A DNA stretch of 64,000 nucleotides from NCBI GenBank assembly GCA_973895155.1, contig OZ316891.1, positions 16,891,651 to 16,955,650 of the forward strand. The letters are read 5' to 3'. Both the position numbers and the translations under genes were made by a program. This stretch comes from Marsupella aquatica (Eukaryota; Plantae; Marchantiophyta). The notes beneath the pieces were generated by a model. The model saw nothing but the letters and a program-made list of their open reading frames with translations. It ran no database searches and was not told where the DNA came from. Below, piece after piece: positions 1 through 8,939 of the stretch; position 1 is the first letter of the stretch, and the number at the start of each line of letters is the position of its first letter.

Positions 1-1782
1 TCCGGCTATGGGTCGGACCATCACGTTCCAGGAGTAAGGACCTGTGGCCGGTTTGTCCCCACACTTCCAAGGGTAGTGCGAGGGGACCCCAACCGGCAGA
101 GTAGCCCTGAGTCTCCCCCACCAGATGTTGCTCCCCCGAGCTTCGACGGCATAAAACAGACGGTGCAGGAATTTCAGGAGCGAATCAAGCAGGAGGAAGA
201 GGCCGCCCTGGCTAAGGAAAAGGATTTACCAGGAGGAGATTGGCCGGAGGACATCAGGCGGCTAGCCGAAAAAGGAAGCAAACCTCTAGCCACGATTGAA
301 GAGATCCGCAGGACGGCTTGGGAGCAGAGGCCACGATGGGCGATGCCGATCACTTCTACTTACTCCACCTACGCTAAGAATAGAGCCATGGAGTATGGTG
401 AGATGTGTGGGGAACTTGCGCTCGGCATCTTTGGAGAGGAGTTGGAGATAGGACCCTTTTTCCATAGGGAGCAGTTGGAGAAGCACCAATTAGAAGAAGC
501 GGTGGCTTTAGAGAGAAGCAAGAAGGACGAGGTCATTCGGCGGCTTAGGAGGATGGGAGCCGAGATTGAAGATCTAAGGGCGGCCAAGAAAGCCCAAGAT
601 GAACTGCGGATTAAACGACATGAGCTGAACATCATGCAGGGGCAGTTGGACGCCGCGCAGGCTGATAATCAGAATATCAAGGATAAACTGACTCAGACGC
701 AGGAAGAGTTGGCCGACACGATCAAAGAAAGGGAAAAGTGGAAGCAAGAGCTGAAGAATACAGAGGAGGCCCACATAACAGCCAACAGCCGGGCCATGGC
801 GGAGACCCAAAGAAAGGAATGGGCGTTGAAAGGGGAGCTCGAGAAAATCCGCGGAGCCCTTGAGCAGAAGGAGGTCGAGTTAGGGAAATCCTATCAAGGG
901 ATTATGGCGCTGCAGCAGGAGCTTGCGTCCCTGACGGCCAGCTTCAAGGCCGACCTAAGGGAGAAGGACGAGATGCTCGAACAGACTTACGCCAAGATGA
1001 ACCAGATGGAGTCTGTCATCATTGCAGAGCTCGACAAGGAGCTAAGAGCAACCCAGGAGGAGAGGGCTACCTTGAAGAAGGAATTGGAGGAAGCCCACAG
1101 GGAGCAGGAGGAGGCCAAAAACGAGCTGGAGGGGGCACGTAAGGACCTGGATGAAACCCAAGAGGAGTTGGAGGAAATCACGAGGAAGATGGAGAACCTA
1201 CAGCGGCGGGCCGACAACCAAACAGAGCGGCTGAAGAAACAAGCCGCAGTATTTAAATGCTTAGCTGCAGCAGGTCCATCTCCTGTTGGGACAAACCAGT
1301 TACCAGGGGTGGTAATTGCCGAAGGACAAGCCGCGCCACCTACACCAGTGCCGGAAGTAAGTGGGAAGGGGAAGGGACCAGCTGCCGAGCCACCAACGAA
1401 GAAGAAGCGGAAACCTTCAGGGTCAAGGAGTAATACGACTTCACAGGCCGTGGTGATCAAGGAGGTAGACCCAGCACCGACCCCAGACAGGGTCACGGCT
1501 AAGGATCCAACTACCCTAGGGGAAGGGGAGGCCGAAGCCGTGGGGGTGGCTGAAGCTGAAGCCGAGGGAGTGGCTGAAGCCGAAGCCGTGGGAGTGGCTG
1601 AGGCCGAAGCCGTGGGTATTGCCGAGGCCGGTGTCGAGGCTGAAGCCGAAGGTGGACCCAGTCAGGCCAATGGAGAGTTGACTCGGTCAAGGGCAGGTAA
1701 TCTGTCAGTAGGCGGGCCAACGGCAGTGGCTGAGGAGGAAGTGTTGGGGGCGTCCATTGAGGATCCACCACCGGTGTCGTGA
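1..1782 (+). CDS. C-terminal part of the family A LTR-encoded coiled-coil protein
   Basis: Open in frame from base 1 (SGYGSDHH...). Matches the C-terminal half of ORF 9004-12690. Confidence 0.85.
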   Translation, partial: SGYGSDHHVPGVRTCGRFVPTLPRVVRGDPNRQSSPESPPPDVAPPSFDGIKQTVQEFQERIKQEEEAALAKEKDLPGGDWPEDIRRLAEKGSKPLATIEEIRRTAWEQRPRWAMPITSTYSTYAKNRAMEYGEMCGELALGIFGEELEIGPFFHREQLEKHQLEEAVALERSKKDEVIRRLRRMGAEIEDLRAAKKAQDELRIKRHELNIMQGQLDAAQADNQNIKDKLTQTQEELADTIKEREKWKQELKNTEEAHITANSRAMAETQRKEWALKGELEKIRGALEQKEVELGKSYQGIMALQQELASLTASFKADLREKDEMLEQTYAKMNQMESVIIAELDKELRATQEERATLKKELEEAHREQEEAKNELEGARKDLDETQEELEEITRKMENLQRRADNQTERLKKQAAVFKCLAAAGPSPVGTNQLPGVVIAEGQAAPPTPVPEVSGKGKGPAAEPPTKKKRKPSGSRSNTTSQAVVIKEVDPAPTPDRVTAKDPTTLGEGEAEAVGVAEAEAEGVAEAEAVGVAEAEAVGIAEAGVEAEAEGGPSQANGELTRSRAGNLSVGGPTAVAEEEVLGASIEDPPPVS

Positions 1783-2703
1783 CGGTGCAAGGGCGCCGTT
1801 CCTTTTAGGGAGGGCGGACGTGGAGGGAGGAGGCGTGAGTGGGCAGGGCGGGCGTGGATCTCCACGTTTAGGATTAGGATCAGAACCAGGAGCGGCCCTG
1901 ACACTTAGCTTAGTGGGATTGCGGTCCCACTGGTAGGAGCAACACTTGTGCTCCTGCCTTGCTGTACATAGGTAGATTCGGGCAAGTAGATTACTGTTAA
2001 GTAGATTAGGCTTACGATGCAAAGAATGGCGGATCCACTACCAGGATAAGTACCTGGGCAGCGGGGAGCTCAGGGCCTCTTCTTTAGCAAGTTTTTAGTT
2101 TGCACCAGCCGGGCTGGGATCAAGTAGTACGAGAAGCTCTCGGTTAGTCATACAGTGACCCTTGTGTATATTCATGTTTCCTCATGCCTAAGAGTTGAAT
2201 AGAGTTGGCCTCACGGCTTAGTTCGCAGAACTTGTGTATGAGATGTACTGTTTGTATGGCAAGTGCATGGTATGACTCAGTCAGAATGAGTCATTTTGCT
2301 ATTTGTGTGTCGCATTAACTTGTGTGAAGAGTGCCCACATCAACAGAAGGAAGGAAAGTAAGCAGGGGAGTGAGAGTTGGATGTGTCGAGCTGAGAGAGG
2401 TCTTAGCGGCTTAACCAAGCCTATTGGGGATCATTCCGGCGGCGGAATCCAAACATACCTAACAAGACGGAGGGGAAGACAGGGGAAGACAGGGGAAGGC
2501 CTATATTAGGCCGGCTACGTATCTCATGACCCGATGAAGGATCTGTCCAGTATATGTGTGTAAAATGTTAATAGTAGTAGTAGAAGGTTAGCAGCGTCCC
2601 ATGCCGCTAAGCCGCGGAAACGGCCTCGCCAAGCACGAAACCTGCGGGAATCGGCTTGAGCTGGGGGGTTTCTTGGGTTTAGGGAGCCATGGGACGCACC
2701 ACA
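1..2703 (+). repeat. Family A 5' LTR (3' part only)
   Basis: Near-identical to 10909-13611. Ends ...GACGCACCACA just before the PBS. Confidence 0.95.
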
Positions 2704-2707
2704 TTTT

Positions 2708-2725
2708 TGGCGCTAGATGGAGGGG
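2708..2725 (+). promoter_or_regulatory. Primer binding site, probably tRNA-Asn
   Basis: TGGCGCTAGATGGAGGGG lies 4 nt after the LTR end. It is complementary, with one mismatch, to the plant tRNA-Asn 3' end as I recall it (CCCCTCCTTCTAGCGCCA). Confidence 0.8.
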
Positions 2726-2772
2726 GCATTTCTTAAGCCATGAGATATGAAGTTAGAACGGAAGCGTAGGTA

Positions 2773-5766
2773 ATGACTGACCTTACGCCGAGGGAAGAAA
2801 GAGTGATTCAACGGGAGAGAGCTCGACTGCAGCAGCTCACCGGGTGGCATGATACACATCGACTGAGAGGGGCAGAAAGAGCTGGTAGCTTCGAAACTGG
2901 AAGTGGCGTCGAAGAAGACATACCAGAAGAAGAGTCGGTAAGGAGAAGTGAGTCTCCAACCGACATGGGGGAACCAGAGGCACGGCCAGACGAGAGGCCA
3001 GGGACCAGATTGAGCCAGCGGTCGCGCATACATTACAAGGCATTTCATGGGAGAGGAGATGAGGATCCGGACGAATGGTTGGATGATTTCGAGGGAACCG
3101 CTGCAGCAAATGGAGAATCGGCCATCAAGATGCAGATTCTTCTCGGCCTGTTCAAGGGTGAGGCTAGGCCTTGGTACAGAGCATTAGATGTGGAAGATCA
3201 AGCCATCTGGGATATCTTCAAAACACTCTTTGTTAAGGAGTTTCGACCCATTGGAACTTCAGAACTAGCAGTGCTGAAGTTGGGACAACTTCGGTTCAAG
3301 GAGAACAAATCCTTCAGGAAGTTCTTGCAACGCTTTCAGAAACTGGTAAGACGTACAAAGACCAATGCATCTGAAGGTATGCAACTTCAATGGTTGGTGA
3401 ATGCTTTGCCACAGAAGATGAGTTTTGCAATTAGGAAGGAGAACCCGGAGACTTTAGCCGAAGCAATTAAGGATATTCAATTATACATTAATGCAGATAT
3501 CACAAGCCGGAAGAAACAGCTTAAGTCTGAGAGTTCCTCATCAGAGGAGGGATCACCCCATAAGAAAAAAGATAAGAAGAAGAAACATTCCAAGAAGTCT
3601 AGAAGTGATAAGTCAAGCTCGGATAGTGGGAGTAGCAAGAGTGAGTCATCTTCTAGTTCTGAAGAAGAAAAAACTAGGAAAAGGAAGGGCAGAAGGAGAG
3701 GGAAGACGAAAGTCAAGATGGAGGCTAAGCCACCAGATAACATCGTAGCCCTTACCGAGCAACTTAAGGCTATCATTGCAGAGGTAAAACCAAAGAAGAA
3801 GGTAGTACAGGAGGATAGCTCTGTATGGTGTGCCTTATGTTATAAAACCGGACACCATAAAGATGCGTGTCCTAAGCTTAATACTAATCATGTTCGGCAT
3901 GTGGCCGAGATCAGACCATGTCAGGGAGAAGTAGAGTACTTTTTGGGAGATGCCGCTGATAGTGTTTTCGGCATCAGTGAGACTGGAGCACGAGACCTAT
4001 CCAACAGACCTGCATCTCTGTGGTCAGGGTTAAGGAACAATCCAGGAGAGATGTATCCTCGGATTATTCAGAACCCGTCAGTACCTCCTAGGCCGAATGT
4101 GCAAAGATTTGCGGCGTGCTATAATTGTGGTCAACCTGGCCATTTTGCTAGAGAATGCCCGAATGCACGCAAACAGGGTGATGGACAACCAGCTCAGCTA
4201 TGTATGGGATGCCGACAGGAAGGTCATATGCTAGGGCAATGTCCTACTTGGTTGGCAGGCCTGGCCGCAAATCATAAGCTTTTGCCGATCAAGATCTTAC
4301 CGCCAGGTACTACCCCCGGAGGAGTTCAAATCAACCACATCGAACTAGGATGGCAAGAGGATGCCGAGGCAGAGTTCGTACCATCTGATGATGAGGCCGA
4401 AGCCCTATCAACCTTCTCAGAGGAGGATTTAGATCATGATTGCTACCGGGTCTCTACTCGATCTACCAGAAGGAAGGAAAGGTGGGATGGGCTGGCCAAA
4501 AATAAAGGGAAGGTTACGGAGGAAAGGATCGACTCTTCGTCAACATCAACAGAAGGAGAAGGGAGGGCTCCGGCAATACAGGTAAGCCATGAGCCCACCA
4601 GTGAAACCAATCCTTCACAAGATAGCGACTTCAATCGAGATCATCCTAAGTTGTTCTACCCCTCTGTTACGGCTAGTGTTAAGGAACAACTAAGAGAATT
4701 AGAAACCCTGGAGAATACCGAAGCCATTGCCAAGGATGTAAAACGAGCAAAAGCATTGTTTGCTTCGGAAGACCCAACAGCTGTGGAGACTAGCGTGGCA
4801 AAACTGGCCGAATCCAAGACGGAAACACCACCAGAAGAGAAGCCGATTGTTCCCTATGACCTGGCTAAAGATGTACTAGAATCTAGAGTCTCGGCAACAG
4901 TAGGTCAACTATTGAAAAATAGCCCGTACTTCCGGAAGCAATTAAGGAAGGCTATTCTCGGCAAGCCGAGATTACCCAAGGTAGCAACCAGATCCGACGT
5001 ACTAATGATAGAAGAAGATCAAGGAGCCCCAGCATTACCATTAATGATTCAAGGAGAATTATTACTACGGGTACCCATCGATGGAGGATCAGGGGTATGT
5101 ATTATGATTGATTCAACAGCAAAAGGGTGGGGTCTAACACCGGAGATGACTGGAAGAGTGTTGAACATGGCCAATGGATATCAGGTCATTCCGACGGGAG
5201 TGTTAACCGGCATCAAGACAGAGATAGGAGGTATCTTCTTTAGCATTAACTATGTAGTAATGAAGCCGGTAAATCCTACGTCATTCCGGCTATTGATTGG
5301 TAGGCCATGGCTGTACCTAGCCGAGGTAATAGAAGATTGGGGTAAAAAGCAGTTCACTTTCGGGACCCCCTCTATCACGGTATCCTGGGACACTAAGGAT
5401 GACCGTAGGAAAAGCATAAGGGAAGTAGATGGGTACGATAGTGGACTGGAGTCAGCCGATGAAGTACGTTGGTTAGAATGCCTCACTAACCTAACCGAAG
5501 AAGGTGTCTTTGGACCAGAGGTACCCCCCAGCGGATTATGGCAAGAACCAATGGAAGGTGACTTGGAAGAAGAAGACGAAGAGGTCGAGGACTGCTTTAC
5601 AATAGAATCCACCTTTTTAGCTGCAATTCCGGAGGAAGTTAAGGATGTAGACCAATTGGATGAAACGGCTAAGTGGGGAGCAGTAGCAGGGACAGTGGAT
5701 TTTCTGCAGGCGTTGTGGCAGAGCCGACGGGGTCCACAACGCCATCGATCATCGGCAAGGAATTAA
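2773..5766 (+). CDS. gag: Gag plus aspartic protease, family A
   Basis: Retrotransposon gag core (FHGRGDEDPDEWL), three CX2CX4HX4C zinc knuckles, protease motifs VPIDGGSG and LLIGRPWL. Confidence 0.93.
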   Translation: MTDLTPREERVIQRERARLQQLTGWHDTHRLRGAERAGSFETGSGVEEDIPEEESVRRSESPTDMGEPEARPDERPGTRLSQRSRIHYKAFHGRGDEDPDEWLDDFEGTAAANGESAIKMQILLGLFKGEARPWYRALDVEDQAIWDIFKTLFVKEFRPIGTSELAVLKLGQLRFKENKSFRKFLQRFQKLVRRTKTNASEGMQLQWLVNALPQKMSFAIRKENPETLAEAIKDIQLYINADITSRKKQLKSESSSSEEGSPHKKKDKKKKHSKKSRSDKSSSDSGSSKSESSSSSEEEKTRKRKGRRRGKTKVKMEAKPPDNIVALTEQLKAIIAEVKPKKKVVQEDSSVWCALCYKTGHHKDACPKLNTNHVRHVAEIRPCQGEVEYFLGDAADSVFGISETGARDLSNRPASLWSGLRNNPGEMYPRIIQNPSVPPRPNVQRFAACYNCGQPGHFARECPNARKQGDGQPAQLCMGCRQEGHMLGQCPTWLAGLAANHKLLPIKILPPGTTPGGVQINHIELGWQEDAEAEFVPSDDEAEALSTFSEEDLDHDCYRVSTRSTRRKERWDGLAKNKGKVTEERIDSSSTSTEGEGRAPAIQVSHEPTSETNPSQDSDFNRDHPKLFYPSVTASVKEQLRELETLENTEAIAKDVKRAKALFASEDPTAVETSVAKLAESKTETPPEEKPIVPYDLAKDVLESRVSATVGQLLKNSPYFRKQLRKAILGKPRLPKVATRSDVLMIEEDQGAPALPLMIQGELLLRVPIDGGSGVCIMIDSTAKGWGLTPEMTGRVLNMANGYQVIPTGVLTGIKTEIGGIFFSINYVVMKPVNPTSFRLLIGRPWLYLAEVIEDWGKKQFTFGTPSITVSWDTKDDRRKSIREVDGYDSGLESADEVRWLECLTNLTEEGVFGPEVPPSGLWQEPMEGDLEEEDEEVEDCFTIESTFLAAIPEEVKDVDQLDETAKWGAVAGTVDFLQALWQSRRGPQRHRSSARN

Positions 5767-8700
5767 ATACCAAGGGATCGGCATACAAGCCGATTACGAG
5801 GGCAGAACAAATTGAGGCCCTATTAGAAGCCGAGAGAGCACAGCGGCCTAACTCTCAGGAGCAAGAGGTGGATGAGATGGACAGACACGATCCAGAGCCA
5901 AGGCAGGAAGGGGAGCCGACCACTAATTCAAAACCGAATAGACCGGTAAGGGGACAATCTATGGACACCAAGGAAGGGACTGACTCGGCTAGTCCAACCG
6001 AGATCCTAGTTTATGGAGGTATGAGATTAGAGAGACTGGAAGCCGAACTGGACCCGAATTTGAAGAAGCAGATTAATATGATCCAAGCACGGCAATATCG
6101 AAAGCTCGACTTAGGAGAGGGAAGAGAACTGAACTTAGGGAGAAACCTAGCACCTGAGCTCGAGAAAGAGATCAGTGACTTATTGATTGAATTTCGGGAT
6201 GTGTTTGCATGGAGTCACCAAGATCTAAAGGGAGTAGATCCAACACTAGGGGAACATCGAATTGATCTCATGTTAGGAGCCAAATCATTTCGACAACCAA
6301 TTCGAAGGATGAACCCAAAGTATTCCCTGTTGGTCAAAACAGAAATCGACAAACTAGTGGAAGCTGGATTCATCACTCCAGTCCTGCATTCAGACTGGGT
6401 GTCTCCAATTGTGATAGTTCCCAAGAAAGCTGGACCCGATGGTAAACCGAAGATCCGGGTTTGTCAGGATTACAGGAAGCTGAATGAAGCAACATTAAAA
6501 GACCATTTTCCTTTACCGTTTACTGATATGGTACTAGACATGGTAGCCAGTCATGAACTATATTCATTCATGGATGGATACTCTGGTTATAACCAAATCA
6601 GGATTCGGCAGGAAGACCAAATCAAGACGGCCTTCATCACGGAATGGGGGATCTATGTCTTCAATCGTATGCCGTTTGAACTCTGCAACGCACCAGCTAT
6701 GTTCCAACGATTAATGGTGAACATTTTTCATGATTACTTGAGAAAGTTCATGGAAATCTTCATTGATGACTTTGCAGTATTCGGGAAGGCATCGAAACAT
6801 GCTAAATACCTCAGGAAAACCTTCATGAGATGTAGAGAGGTGGGTCTCAAGTTACACCCAGATAAATGTTTTTTTGCAGTAACCGAGGGGGTGCTACTAG
6901 GTCACAAGGTATCAAGGAAGGGCATTGAGATTGACAAAGGTAAGCTAGCAGTATGGCTAGATATCATGCAACCTAAGAACATAAAGGATGTAAGATCCTT
7001 CTTGGGATGCATTGGTTACTATCGTCGGTTCATCAAGGATTTTGCCAAGCTAGCTTTACCATTAACCAATATGCTCAAGGCAGGAGCAGACTTCGAACCC
7101 ACACCCGAACGAGTCACAGCGGTGGTAGAATTGAAGCAGATGTTAGTAGAGGCCCCAGTCATGATAGCACCGGACTGGAACAAAGATTTTCATGTTTTTG
7201 TAGATGTCTCGGGCTTCTGTATTGGCTCAGTACTAAGTCAGTTGGATGAGAAAGGAAGGGACCATCCCATATACTTCGCAAGCCGTCAGCTTGCCGATGC
7301 CGAACGGAACTACTCTACCACGGAAAGAGAAGCATTAGGAGTCATTTATTCTTGTAAAAAGTTTAGGCATTATTTACTAGGGTACAAGGTAATCTTTCAT
7401 ACTGATCATGAAAGTTTGAAGTACCTAGTCAATAAGCCGGACCTTACAGGCAGAGTAGCAAGATGGATTTTGCTATTACAGGAGTTTGACTATGAGCTGA
7501 GGATCAAGCCAGGAAAGTTACATGCCAATGCCGACTTCTTTTCAAGGATCACAGGTAAACCTGCCACGGATTGCATCGATGATCGATTCCCCGACGAGGA
7601 GCTATTCGTTGTGGAAATAGCTGGTACATGGTACCCTGAGATTTTACAATTTCTCAGCACTTCCAGATTACAGCCAGGATTAAGCCGAGAGCAAGCCGCA
7701 GTCTTTGTGCGGAAGGTCAGACAGTATCAGTGCATTAAAGGCATACTGCACAAGCATGGAATCAACGGCACGATTCAAAGGTGTTTGGAGAAGAGAGAGG
7801 TAAAACGAGTCCTACGGGCCATGCATGGAGAGGAGGCCGAAGAACATTTTGCCCCAGTAACCACGTCTAAGAAGATATTAAATGCCGGTTACTGGTGGCC
7901 CACCTTGCACAAAGATGTCTATCAGTTTATCAAACAATGCGATCCTTGTCAACGAGCGGGAGGACCAAGGGCGTCCACCAGGCATCCACTGCACCCTATT
8001 CTACCTCTGGCACCATTCGAGAAGTGGGGTATTGATTACATTGGACCTCTGAAACCACTGACCCACCCTCGACGGAACAAGTACATAATCCTGGCTACGG
8101 ATTATGCAACTAAATGGGTAGAGGCCAGACCAACAACAAAGGATGATGCAATTACTACGGCTAGATTCATGTATGAGCAGATCTTCACCAGGTATGGAGC
8201 ACCCCTAGAATTAGTTAGTGATAGAGGAACCCATTTTTTGAATGATATAATTAGTCGTTTAAATGAGCAGTATTTAGTTAAACATAGGCCTACTACTCCC
8301 TACCATCCAAAGGCAAACGGGTTGACAGAACGAGCAAACGGAATCATAGGAAAGATATTGAACAAGACAGTAGCTCAGAACAAACTCGATTGGGATGATA
8401 AATTGTTTGCTGCTGTTTTTGCTTACAATCTGGCCTATAAATCCACTACCGGTCATACACCCTTCTTCTTAACCTTTGGACAAGAAGCCCTGGTACCCAT
8501 GCAACTTGAGATACCGACATTTCAAGTTACAATTGAGGAAAGAGCCTCAGCGGAGGAGAGCCTAAAGGAGCGAGAATATAGGTTAGAAGCTTTAGAGGAA
8601 GCGAGAATGATTTCAGCCGAGAGAGTAGAATATAGACAGAATATCATGAAGCAGCAGTATGATAAAAGGTTAAAAGTAGTTAGTATTCATACCGGTGATC

Positions 8701-8939
8701 TTGTGCTACTTTATGACAGTAGGTATAGTAGGTTTCCAGGAAAGCTTTACACTCGCTGGTTAGGACCCTTTAGAGTAACCATGATGTTCCCCAATGGCTC
8801 CGTGCAATTGGCCAACATTACGGGAGAGGTATATCCAGTTCGCATCCATTATGACCGCCTCAAGAAATACTATATGGACGAAGATGAAGTTGTTCGCGAG
8901 GACGCTTCACAATTAAGTGGGGAGCTATGTGATGCCTAG
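5673..8939 (+). CDS. pol: Pol (RT, RNase H, integrase) in the -1 frame relative to gag-PR
   Basis: RT motifs CQDYRKLN, MDGYSGYNQI, FIDD. RNase H motifs VDVS and TDH. Integrase HHCC, WGID/SDRG/LTER and GPF. No chromodomain. The stop codon lies inside the 3' LTR. Confidence 0.96.
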   Translation: MGSSSRDSGFSAGVVAEPTGSTTPSIIGKELNTKGSAYKPITRAEQIEALLEAERAQRPNSQEQEVDEMDRHDPEPRQEGEPTTNSKPNRPVRGQSMDTKEGTDSASPTEILVYGGMRLERLEAELDPNLKKQINMIQARQYRKLDLGEGRELNLGRNLAPELEKEISDLLIEFRDVFAWSHQDLKGVDPTLGEHRIDLMLGAKSFRQPIRRMNPKYSLLVKTEIDKLVEAGFITPVLHSDWVSPIVIVPKKAGPDGKPKIRVCQDYRKLNEATLKDHFPLPFTDMVLDMVASHELYSFMDGYSGYNQIRIRQEDQIKTAFITEWGIYVFNRMPFELCNAPAMFQRLMVNIFHDYLRKFMEIFIDDFAVFGKASKHAKYLRKTFMRCREVGLKLHPDKCFFAVTEGVLLGHKVSRKGIEIDKGKLAVWLDIMQPKNIKDVRSFLGCIGYYRRFIKDFAKLALPLTNMLKAGADFEPTPERVTAVVELKQMLVEAPVMIAPDWNKDFHVFVDVSGFCIGSVLSQLDEKGRDHPIYFASRQLADAERNYSTTEREALGVIYSCKKFRHYLLGYKVIFHTDHESLKYLVNKPDLTGRVARWILLLQEFDYELRIKPGKLHANADFFSRITGKPATDCIDDRFPDEELFVVEIAGTWYPEILQFLSTSRLQPGLSREQAAVFVRKVRQYQCIKGILHKHGINGTIQRCLEKREVKRVLRAMHGEEAEEHFAPVTTSKKILNAGYWWPTLHKDVYQFIKQCDPCQRAGGPRASTRHPLHPILPLAPFEKWGIDYIGPLKPLTHPRRNKYIILATDYATKWVEARPTTKDDAITTARFMYEQIFTRYGAPLELVSDRGTHFLNDIISRLNEQYLVKHRPTTPYHPKANGLTERANGIIGKILNKTVAQNKLDWDDKLFAAVFAYNLAYKSTTGHTPFFLTFGQEALVPMQLEIPTFQVTIEERASAEESLKEREYRLEALEEARMISAERVEYRQNIMKQQYDKRLKVVSIHTGDLVLLYDSRYSRFPGKLYTRWLGPFRVTMMFPNGSVQLANITGEVYPVRIHYDRLKKYYMDEDEVVREDASQLSGELCDA
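5697..5756 (+). promoter_or_regulatory. Candidate -1 programmed ribosomal frameshift signal
   Basis: G_GAT_TTT heptamer in the gag frame (5697-5703), 5-nt spacer, 10-bp stem GGCGTTGTGG/CCACAACGCC. Loop GCCGA is complementary to TCGGC at 5752-5756. Confidence 0.8.
8911..8927 (+). promoter_or_regulatory. Polypurine tract, family A
   Basis: AATTAAGTGGGGAGCTA directly precedes the TG of the 3' LTR. Confidence 0.85.
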
